Part shown: one piece after another, positions 25,563 through 35,924 of the stretch | How the letters are laid out: every line of letters starts with the position of its first letter | How positions within the stretch are numbered: the first letter of the stretch is position 1 | Assembly (NCBI GenBank): GCA_001179505.1 | Contig: CDMY01000499.1 | Span: 124,001 to 188,000 of the forward strand | DNA: 64,000 nucleotides | DNA from: Vitrella brassicaformis CCMP3155 | Lineage: Eukaryota; Protista; Chromerida | Direction: 5' to 3' | Made by a program: the position numbers and the translations under genes | The notes under the pieces: generated by a model | Told to the model about the DNA's origin: nothing | What the model saw: the letters and a program-made list of their open reading frames with translations, nothing else | Databases searched by the model: none

Positions 25563-28248
25563 ATGAACGGCAACCAGGATCAGTTGATTCGCCGTGACAT
25601 CGCAAGGTAATCAGGCAAGAACCATACACACCAACTGCGGCTGACGAATGTCTTAGTGTTTTTCTCTCTGGCTGTGGGTGTGGTGTGTGCAGCCGGTCAG
25701 GCGCTCAAATCGGGGAGGACCCTCGTCAGCCGTCTTCATCGAGTGCCGACACGTGAGCCGTACACTTGATTGAGACGATGGACAGCACCACCATCATTCT
25801 GACATCTTTCGTCGCTCTCTGTCGCTGCTCTACTGTTTGCAGGGGTGTTGCGGCTGCGGCACCTGGTGCGAGTGCATCTGCCTCTGGGCCGTCCACTGCC
25901 GGCGAGTGGAAGAGCACTGGCAACACTCTCTTTACGGCCGGCAAGTATCTCGACGCTTACCGCTCGTATCTCAAGGTGGCCCACACACAGTGACTGTCAC
26001 GTCTGACCCGTCGATGCACACGGCTTCCTGCTGTTGTCTCTCTGTGTGGCGTCAGGGTATTCGAGCGGAGCGTGAGACCCTCGCTGAGCTGCTCATTCGC
26101 CGCTCCCAGTGCCTCATCGGGCTGGAGAGCTACCTCGCTGCCTTCATCGATGTCACCACCGCCCTCCGCATCCTCCTGCCCCCGCCGTCCATCGAGGCCG
26201 GCAGCAAGAGCGCCACCGTCCAGGAGGTCGCCATAAAGCTCTACAAGCCCCTCATCCAGCAGCTCACCGGCGGCCGACCGAGACGTCGACGGGGTCAGGA
26301 CGAAGCGGCCGGTGACCAAGACATCGTGTTGCCGTCGACGGAAGCGATAGCGGCCCTCATGAGGGACGCCATGACGCACTTGTGCTCGACAGACCGGCCG
26401 GTCGTCGACGCATCGCAGCAAGTGATGAATGCACTGACGGAGGCGCGGCGCTGCAGGACGGCGAGAGATACGCCGATGCGCGTGACGTCTTCACCGCTGG
26501 TTTGGCGGCCGCTGACGTGTCGACCCTCGTGGCACTGCTGAGCAACGCGGCTGCGTGTCTGCTCCAGCCGAAGCTCATCAAGGAGGGCGGGCCGGACGCC
26601 GTCGGCTGTGCTGCCGCCGCATTCCATCTGAGCTGCTTGAAGGGGCCCTGCCAGCAGCTGAGTGCCATCCAGCAGAAGACCCTCATTCGGCTGGGCCAGG
26701 GGCTGCTGGCGGAGCGGCTCTTCGACGCGGCCGATGCCGTCGTCCAGGCGCTCACCCAACACGTAAGCAATAAAATGCTCATGACAAGAGAGGAGGGAGA
26801 AACCGGTGACCCCTGTGTGTGTGTCCGTCAGGGTCTGGAGGATCAGATGGCGGCAGATGTCACCACGCTGCAGCGGCGCATCAGCACCCACGCGGCCAAC
26901 GCCAGCGGAGAGTATGACTGGGCGGCCATCTACCGACAGGCAATCGGCAACGCGCAGAACAGACAGACCGGCAGGACCACACACATCGACGTGGCTGACT
27001 ACGTCGGGCCTCTCGCCATCCGCACAGCCAGCCGGCCCTCATCGCCACACAGGACATCCAGCCGGGGCAGCTGCTGATCGTCCAGAAGGCCGTAATGGTG
27101 GAGCGGGCATCGTCGCAAGACAGTGGGCGAGTCGGCGAGCGGCTGTTGGCACGGCTGACATCTCAGTTAGACAGCTGGCACCCTCGGCTGGTCTCTCAGC
27201 TGTGCTGTCTGCCGCCCGGCAGGGGACAGCCGTCTGCCATAGGCGGTTTGGCCATTGCGGCCCCTCCAGCCCCAGAGACCTGTCTTGGGCTGCCTCCGTC
27301 GTTTCCCCTCCTGCCGCGGTTTATCTGGTCGGCCACTGGAGAGGAGTTCGGCCCGCCTGTGGCGCAGATCGACAGCGACCCTGGCCACCTCCGCCGATTG
27401 CTGGACTTCAATACTCGCGCTGCTGATGACGTCGTCCTCGTCGAGATTCCCCTGCCAGCCGAGAATTCCCTGCGAGCCATGGGTGTCGCCTCTGTGAACG
27501 CGTCCGGTGAGAAACACAGCAGAGAGCTGCAGACAGAGGACTGTGTTTGAAATGACTTTTGCGATGCAGGTCGTCTGTGGCCTTTGCTCTCGCTGTTCAG
27601 CCACGCCGGCACGAAGCGCAATGCCCTCTGGTAAGCCCCAGACCCACGCAAATGGCACTGTTGAGACGGCTCAGGCTCATTGTGCTGTCTGACAGGTATT
27701 CTGTCGAACAGCTCCTGATCGTTCGTGCTGTCAGGCCGATCGCCTGTGGCAGTGAGATCACCGTCTCCTACTATCCACTTTTCAAAACCACCTTGGCTGC
27801 CGAGAGGGAGCTAGCGAGGCGTTACGACCTTCCCGACCCCCACCAGCGATACAGCCGGGGTAAGGCGAAGGTGATCGAGCAGGTGGAGCAGCGGATGGAA
27901 GTGCTGGAGCAGTTGGGCCCAGGAGAGGAGGGCTTGCGTGAGGTGGACGAGATGCTGCAGAAAGTGCGCGGCCTGAGCGTCGACACCATCATGGTCGCGA
28001 GGCTGCTGGCATTGCGGTCGTATGGTCTGTTCGCGGTGGGGCGAGTGGAGGAGGCGGTGGCGGCGGTTCGTGAGTCGGTCGCCAGCTCCCGTGCACTGCT
28101 ATCCTACCACCCCCAGGACATCCGCCCGATGAGGGTAGCTCTCGCCTTTCTCACGGGCAGCGACCGGAGGGAGATGCAGGCCGAAATCGAGAAGTCCTGT
28201 GAGGTCATCTACGGGACGGCAGAGGCCTTTGGCATCTTCTTTGAGTAG
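25563..28248 (+). pseudogene. TPR + SET domain protein (SMYD-like lysine methyltransferase), probably disrupted
   Basis: TPRs (EWKSTGNTLFTAGKYLDAYRSY; ERYADARDVFTAGL..LLSNAAACLL), GEYDW and DVADYVGP, then SET blocks ALIATQDIQPGQLLIVQKA, RLWPLLSLFSH and IVRAVRPIACGSEITVSY. Frame changes are needed at ~26445 and ~27034. Confidence 0.7.
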
Positions 28249-28258
28249 ACGATGGTTG

Positions 28259-28370
28259 ACAGACAGACAGACAGACAGGCAGACAGGCAGGCAGGCAGAC
28301 AGGCAGACAGGCAGACAGGCAGGCAGGCAGGCAGACAGGCAGGCAGACAGGCAGGCAGACAGGCAGGCAC
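28259..28370. repeat. (CAGA)/(CAGG) compound microsatellite
   Basis: Seen directly, just downstream of the SET gene stop. Confidence 0.9.
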
Positions 28371-29339
28371 AGCTCACCTCTATCGCACACACAAACACTG
28401 CTACCGCACCATGCACTCGTGGATGGATGGATGGATCGATGTGTGTGAGAGGTGCTTTCCTCTCTCGCTCTCGGATCGGGCAGGGCAGCGCAGGGCGTGT
28501 GTGTGTGTGCTTGTGTTGTGGTGTTCGGTGTTCGTGTGCAAGTGTCCGTAGTCATTGGTGTGTGCAGCTGTGTCTGAAGTCACTGACTCATCAGTCGCGC
28601 GCTGGCCAGCCATGTGTGCCTCGTCTGAGCCTCATGGATGCGGCTCAACAACGATCACATGGCAAGCAAGCCGGGGCGCCGCTGAAGGTGTCGTGACGGG
28701 CCAACCGATCTCTGTGTGTGTGTAGACTGCATTCACTTGTGTATACTTGCATACCTATATATCGGCTGGGGGGGCACACGATGCTTCTGAGCCCCTTGCC
28801 TTCTCTTGTGATGCCCACACAGGGTCGAGCGACGGCTCCCTCTCAATCTCTCTGTCCATGTGGCGGCTTGCCTGAACGGCAGCATCTCACTGGAAGGAAA
28901 GAGGGGCGACAGACAGGGGCGACAGCCAGCCAGCCAGCCAGCTAGCCACCGAAAGGGCCTGACTTGGAGTAGCGAATCTTCTTCCTTATCGGTCCTCTCT
29001 CCCTCTTCTCGTCCATTCAGTGTGTGTGTATTTGTGTTATTGCTTTCTGTATATACATGTCGGATTTGTCTGCCTGAGGGCAAGGCGGGCCCGCCATCAG
29101 ATCAGATGTATATACTCGTGGTTTTTGACCGGCCCACCTTGCTGCCTGCCTGCCTGCCCGACGGGCAGGCACACACACACACACGAGCCCCATGTCGCTC
29201 TCTCACTGTCTGCCTGCGTTATGTATGAGCAGTGTGTGTGACGTACATGGAGGGATGGATGTGGATGGATGTGTGGATGACCTCTCTGCTTCTCCGCGTT
29301 TCGTGCATTATGCTGGCAGCAGAGAATTGAGCGACGGCA

Positions 29340-29373
<34 letters not shown>

Positions 29374-29533
29374 CCGGCCAGCCATGTGTAGTCCATTACA
29401 TTACATGCCGACACATGTGCATAGCTGAAATGTCATCAATACCCACACCACTACACGCACCAGACAGAACCCACACATACGATGAAAAGTCACTCTCGAG
29501 ATCTCTCTCCCCTGTGACAAAGGCAACCCGCAG

Positions 29534-29568
<35 letters not shown>

Positions 29569-29709
29569 CATACCCGCACCCACACACACAGGCGTACACA
29601 GCAAACCCAAATACACAGCACGCACCACACAGGTCAGTACTAGTGTGTGAGCCACACACGTCACAGCTCTTTCTCTTGTTCCCTCTTGCGCATGCCGCAA
29701 TGGACTCAC

Positions 29710-30368
29710 TCAGACCTCTGGCCTATCATGTGCCAAACCTGCGGCCCTCCGTCGGCCATCGTCCGCCCGCCCCACCTGAATGCGCACCATCTCCCGCCCT
29801 CTCGCATCCTTGTCTGCCGGCATCACCAGCACACACTGGGGACTGTCGTCGACGTGCCGCGAGGCCGCATCGCAGTCGAGCGGCGCCCTGCAGATGGGGC
29901 AGCTCCTGTGGCCGGTGGCTATCCAGGTCTCAAGGCACTGCCGATGGAAGACGTGTTGGTCAAAGCAGGTGGGGACCGATGGGGTGGTGCAGCTGTCGTC
30001 GGCCTCGTAGCTGCACAGGCAGATGCAGCACGCCGCCTGAGGGCTGTCGACGGGGGAGGCCTCAAGAGGCTTGTTCTCCTGGGGGCGGAAGGGGAAGACC
30101 TGACAACCAACACCACACACAGAACAGAGCTGCCCAGGCGGCGAATCGGATGGCTTTTTACCCAGAGGTCAATGACTCTGCTCTTGGACGCCGCGTCTGG
30201 CGTCCGCCGGCCGGAGCCGATGGTGTCGAGTGGGACATTGCTCGACAGCGTCCCGTTTTCGGTATACCAGAGGTTCCACGCTTTGAGGAGTGTCTTGATG
30301 AGGGGCGGGACGAACCTGATGACCAGGATGAGCATGATGATGAGAACGAACAGAGCCACGAGGTCCAT
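29710..30368 (-). CDS. N-terminal TM + RING-H2 protein (ATL-like E3 ligase architecture)
   Basis: Hydrophobic MDLVALFVLIIMLILVIRFV, one phase-0 intron, then CCICLCSY...CFDQHVFHRQCLETWIATGHRSCPICR. An upstream ATG near 30452 is an alternative start. Confidence 0.85.
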
Positions 30369-30784
30369 GCCGGCACTGCACCACATACCCCTAGGGTCAC
30401 ACAGACTCAATTTACACTTGTACAGCGAGTTAGGACGGCCGTTAGCGGCCATCCTGGCCAAAGGGCAGCGATTTTTCCTCTGTTTTGGTCCACGCAGACG
30501 CACCGTGCGAGTCTAAATGGCAAACAACACTACCTGCGTCCCTTTCTAGCTTGGCTGTCACATAGACGGGTTCAAAAACGTCAAACGCACGCAGCCCACG
30601 GCACACGCACCTTTCCTTCCCTGACGACGGACCAAAATGCGTCCGTCGATCGGCCATGACGAGCACACACGACACACGCGCACGCCACACCAAGGCTCTT
30701 TCGCTTCGCGAATCCGTCGAGTAGCTCACTCACCATCCACGAGTTCTCACCACATCACTCACAAAAACACAACGTCATGCCCAC

Positions 30785-31856
30785 TCACGCACCTGCCTTG
30801 ACGGCAACCGTGACGCCCCTCCCTTCATGGTCCGACGCGCTCGTCTCCTCGCCGCTGGCCGGCTCTGCCACAAGGGACGCCGGCTGGTGCAGCGGCAGCT
30901 GGCTGGCCATCGACGGCTCGATTGCCGTCCTCCTCCGGCAGCAGGTGAGCCGGATGCCCTGACAGAGGAAGTGGAAGACCGTCTGCGCGAGGAAGGCCAC
31001 CACCACCAGAATGGCCGAGTTCCAGTCCTGCCACGTCAGCACCGGGTAGAGCGGCTTCCCGGTCAGGAATGTCGCCCCTGCACACATATACAGCACGTTC
31101 ACGCAGAGACCATTTAGATGCATCCATTCTTGCCCGCCTGCCCACTCGGCACCAGGTGCGTACCTGCGTTGATAGGGCAATAGACGGCGCCCAGCAGCAG
31201 TGACACAATGAGGTGTCGCGAGAAGAAGGGGATCTGGTGCTGCAAGAACTCGATGGCCAGCAGCCCCAGACCAACAGCGTGGAGGTTCAGGTTGATGTAA
31301 AGGGGGAAGCCGTGGTCCAGGATGTGCTCCTCGTGCAACACCGGCCACACCACCAGCCAGAACAAACTCGCGATGACGATCTCAAGCGGCAAAGCGATCT
31401 CGAACAGCAGAGTGATGGTCTTGTGCAGCCTCAGCCGCGCCTGGCTCTGCTCCAGCAGCAGCGCACTGTCGCCCTCACTGCCTATCCGCCGCTCGCCCAT
31501 CTCCTCCCGCCAGACATACCAGTTGTGGACCGTCGCGAAGGCAAAGTACGCCAGCGACAAAGTCCAGCCCCAGTTGGTGAGAAAGCAGAAGTAGAGTGCT
31601 GAGGGGGCGAGGTCGAAGCCCATGAAGAACCACACGATGAAGTAGACGGTGACGGCCAGCCGCCAGAAGAAGGTCGCTGCGGGCGGCACATGGCGGTATT
31701 TGAAGATGTCGCTCGGGGTGACCTGCATTCAACACATCATCAGACACACCCAGTCAATCTGAGTGGATATGTGGGAGCCGTCGGGGTGACCTGGTGGCTG
31801 ACGTGCTCGGGCCACAGAAAGCTCTTGGGCTGACACAGGAAAGGCATGGTGGCCAT
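30785..31856 (-). CDS. Rolling-stone / FAR-17a-AIG1-like multi-pass membrane protein
   Basis: Three exons. Motifs YFCFLTNWG, LFEIALP..LFW, NLHAV and PLYPVLTW, with about six hydrophobic segments. Confidence 0.75.
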
Positions 31857-32678
31857 CTCAACCAGCAACAACACTGAACACACGCAAGACACACAAGGAG
31901 GGGAACCACGGATCTGACTCTCACTGCCCGCAGGTGTGTGTTTTGGCTTCGTACCTCAGCGAGTGCTCAAAACCGCAAAAAGCCCTGATGGTGAAGGCAA
32001 CCACAATACAGAGGGACAGAGGGACAGAGGGAGAGAGGGAGAGAGGGAGAGAGGGCTGTGGTGTTGTTGATCGTCGCGTCTTCGTACCTCCGTCTGACGT
32101 ACAAGCACGCCCTTTTGCTCGTTTCTTCCTGTGGATTTCAGTCGAGCAGCGCCACCCTGGGCGTCCCCTTTCCTCACTTCGTTGATGTCTTGTCGAGAAA
32201 CCAACAGCTCGTCATCTCTAAGCTCGCAGAAGCCAAGGAGGAGCTCAAGGCCGACAAACGTGCAGAGAGTTCATCGTATAACACGGGCGCATAATATCAT
32301 TCAGCGATGAGTCATTCATTCATTCTGTCATGCTTTGCTTTCCATGGACAAGTCGGCCGGGATATATAGAGATATATCACACATACACCACATCCCCTGC
32401 AATGTGACGCGACACGCATACAAGGCAAGGCAGCCAGCCATATTGATTGATTGATTGACACAGGCCAAAACGGAAAGAGGGCGCCGCAGCCAAACACACG
32501 GACGCAAAGGCAATGAGTGTACCCATATACACAGCCAGCCAGCCAGCCAGCCAGCCAACCATGCTCTCTCCCTCCAAACAGCACCGTTGCTACACTGCGC
32601 AACCTGACACACAAGGCCGAGAGAGAGTGAGCGGGAATTCTTCTTCTGCAGTCATTGCTGGGTGCCTTGCTCCCTCAC

Positions 32679-34061
32679 CTATCGGTCGAAGATCATCCGC
32701 GCAACAGCGGACCCCAGTGCCACACGGGCCAGTCGGGTGGTCACCGGATGGCGGTTCTTGAACGCCTCACCCACACCAGACACGGGCGGCTCAGTCGTGT
32801 AGACAGTGACGCCCACTGCATCAACACAAACGAAAACCAGGGACTAACGTGAGTGCTCCATTGCGGGCTGTGCTGTCCAGTGCCATGCCTACCAGGGTCA
32901 CCGACCATCGGCAGCTCCACAAGTTGGACCCACGCGACGAAGGCATGGCTGGCGTCCGTCAACACGAGCCGACGGTACCAGTTGACATCGTCGCTGGAGG
33001 CGTTGAGGAAGGCGGTGGTGCTGCTGCATCCCGCCACTGGTGCGTGAGGGGACTGCGTCATCAGGTTGTGCAGCCGATGGTTGTCCACACGACTGAGGAC
33101 AACACCAGAGACCCGCAGACATGCCCCGTGAGTGAAGGTGGTCAAGCCAGGGCCTCACGCACCTTCCAATCGCCTTTTCCGTTCTGCTGATCTGAGGATT
33201 GTACAGGACGATGTCCGTGACGGACGACGACAGAGATGAGTACCGGATGCCAGCACCGCCCATCCCCCCCCAGCCGTACCCCGGGGCATAAGCCATATTG
33301 CTGCTGGCCGGCGGATCATCCTGCTGGGGTGGATGTTACCGGTGCCCGGCCCAAAGGGGCGAGTCGACGTCTGTCGACTGGCGGAACCACTCAAGGGTCT
33401 TGCCGCCGACGTTGATGTGGCGGCCTACGATCTTGTGATGGGCCAAAACACGCGCATCGGCCAGAAACGCCTGCAGACACACAGCACAGCACAGCACAGC
33501 ACAGCACAGCGCCGTGGGGTAGGCCATTCGTTCAATAGTCGTTCATCCTGCCTTCGTTCATACCGTTTTGTTTGCGTACTGGTTGAGGTCAGCAGGCGTG
33601 ACAGTGAGGGGCAGCTGGCAGCACCCACACTGCCCCGCCAGCTCAATCGCCTTGCCCATCTTACCCCAGCCCCCCGCATCCACCACACACATGGCCGCCA
33701 GCAGGTCCGCCACACCCATTTCCTGCTCATCGAACCGCAGAAACTCCACCGTCTGCCCGTTGACTACGCGCCGCAGCCCCGCCTTTGTGCTGAGGGCGTG
33801 GCTGAGCCGCTGCCGCAGCTGGGCCGCCCTGAAGAGTGCGCTGAGCCATCTGGATGTGGTTCTGAGGCGCAGGATGTCCTCAAGGCTGAGCAGGAAGAAG
33901 CTGCGCCTCCCGACGCAGAGGTATGCCACGGGATGCTGCTGCTGCTGTTGCTGTTGCTGTTGTTGCTGTTGCTGTTGTTGCTGTGGTCCAGGCTGTGGTT
34001 GAGGGTTCTTGGGGCGCCACACCAGCCGCTGCCGGTTGTTGTGCGTGTGATGACGCTGCAT
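32679..34061 (-). pseudogene. Member of a lineage-expanded (Vitrella-type) hypothetical family, with an in-frame TAA
   Basis: Family-like blocks LRLRTTSRW, LLAAMCVVDAGGW..AIELAGQCGCCQLP, DDPP, LMTQSPHAPVAGC, RRLVLTDASHAFVAW and TTEPPV..FKNRHPVTTRLARVALG..IFDR*. Three GT-AG introns join in phase, but there is a TAA at 33336-33338 within an exon. Family recognition is from memory. Confidence 0.65.
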
Positions 34062-34228
34062 CCCGACTTACTGAGACGAACCTCGATGAATCCAATTAGG
34101 CATCGGGCCGATGCATGCGATAGTTCTACTCAACTCACACGTCACCGTTTTGGAAGACGATCCACTCGAAAGCTCGCACAATGCGGAAAATGCGCTCCCT
34201 GAAACCGCCGCCAAAGGAAAATGCGAAG

Positions 34229-35665
34229 ATGAGCGCCGCAGGATGGCTCGCTACACTCGCACTTGCTGTGGCGACTCATCACCTATCGTCGAATATTCCA
34301 CGATGCGTCGGGTTCCTTCCCGCTCGGCCCTCATCTCCCTTCTCGCATCTGATTCATCACAGACGCCTCAGGAATGAGCAACCGCATCGTAAGGAAGCAC
34401 TGAGCAGGCGGCCACCCTGGCAGATGACCACCGAGCCCTCTTCGGTGACCCTTTACTCGCCCGCCAAGATCAACTTGTTTCTGCGCATCCTGGGCCGCAG
34501 GGCGGATGGTTATCATGACCTGGCGTCACTCTTTCAGACCGTCGACCTCTGCGACAGACTGACGTTCTCTATCTGCGAAGAGGGGGACGACGTGCTGACC
34601 TGCACCGACCCCTCTGTGCCGACGGACGGCTCCAACCTGATCCTCAAGGCCATCGACCTCTTTCGCGCCAAGACCAGGTCTGCGCAGATGTGGAGAGATC
34701 CATGCCTATGCGCATCCCTTTGTGAATCTCTCTGTGTGCGTCTGTGACTGACAGGTCCGATAAGAGGTTCCGAGTTCACCTGGAGAAGAACATCCCCAAT
34801 CAGGCTGGTTTGGGCGGCGGCTCCGGCAACGCGGCAACAGCCCTGGTGGCCGCCAATTGGCTGTGTGGGAGAGATGAGGACGAGCGGCGGTCGATGGACG
34901 AGTTGAGAGAGTGGTCGGGGGAGATTGGGAGTGACATCACGTTCTTTCTAAGCAACGGGGTGGCCTACTGCACGGGCAGGGGCGAGCTGATCCGGCCGCT
35001 GGAGCCGCTTCCGAACCCGCCAAGCACCGTGTACATTGTCAAGCCCAATCAGGTGCATGCAATCACACACGCATACCGACGCACACGACGCCTGGCCACT
35101 TCGTTCCTTTATGCAGGGTCTGTCGACAGCCTTGGTGTACCGTTCCCTTGATCTGTCGGCGCTGCATCCCTCGTCCCCCTCCTCTCTCCTGTCCCTCTTC
35201 CAGTCGGGTGGCGTGATGGCTGCCGCTGACCAGGGGGCCCTCGTCAATGACCTGGAGCCTCCCGCATTCGCCAACTACGGTGAGTTGCGGGAGCTCAAGG
35301 GCGACCTGGAGGGCGTGTTCGGTGCTGGCCGCGTCATGATGAGCGGCAGCGGGACGGCCGTGTTTGGGCTGGACGATAGAGACGGAGAGGGGGACAGGGA
35401 GGCGGCCCTCAGAGAAATCAAAGAGAGGAGGTAAGCACGTGGCAGATATGTGGATATCCTGGAGCAGTCATGGCACCTTCTCTGGGCTGTATTTCTCTCT
35501 GTGTGCAGGCGCGAGATGGGTCTCCGCATCTTTGCGTGTCACTTTCTGGACAGGGGTGGCCCCTCACAAGAACAAGCTTCGTCGACCACTCTCGAGTGGT
35601 ACCAGCCGTCCGATCCTCTGAGTTGGACACCGACACCACGAGAACTACACGGACTGAAGCCTTGA
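34229..35665 (+). CDS. ispE: 4-diphosphocytidyl-2-C-methyl-D-erythritol kinase (MEP pathway), plastid-targeted
   Basis: SPAKINLFLRILGRRADGYHDLASLFQ, KNIPNQAGLGGGSGNAA, GSDITFF, NDLEPPAF and MSGSGTAVF. N-terminal signal peptide ending CVG-F followed by a basic transit region. Four exons. Confidence 0.95.
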
Positions 35666-35924
35666 CTGTCTGCCAAACGAGGGCTTGTGTGTGTGATGAT
35701 GGAGCCAGGCAAGGGCCCCTGACTGAATTGGTCAGGTTTTTCGTTCATGGTGGATGAGAGAAGCGTCGGTAGACATTCTATCTGGGTGCGTGGGGCATGC
35801 TTGTAAGGCATGGACCAGAGACACGTACTTACATCGAACGAATGGACTGATGTGACGATGGTCGATCGCACATCTTCGAATCATGCTTGCATGCAGGTTC
35901 CATCACCCACTCCCCTAGTCACAT

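Noticed and set aside
28252-28380. Regular CAGA/CAGG array and other periodic repeats as a possible CRISPR array
   Set aside because: Simple microsatellites with no unique spacers and no cas genes, in a eukaryotic context.
29930-30030. Unusual C-x3-H spacing in the RING-H2
   Set aside because: Within the general RING consensus C-x(1-3)-H.
29358-30659. 433-aa plus-strand ORF
   Set aside because: Antisense to the RING-H2 gene and partly made of translated microsatellites.
32058-32294. Plus-strand coding-looking stretch (RNQQLVISKLAEAKEELKADKR)
   Set aside because: Short, has no clear start, and lies upstream of the minus-strand membrane-protein gene where 5'-UTR-type donors occur. Unsupported.
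34072-34095. Upstream exon (MDSSRFVS) for the lineage-family gene
   Set aside because: The apparent start is TTG, not ATG, so the ATG at 34061 was used.
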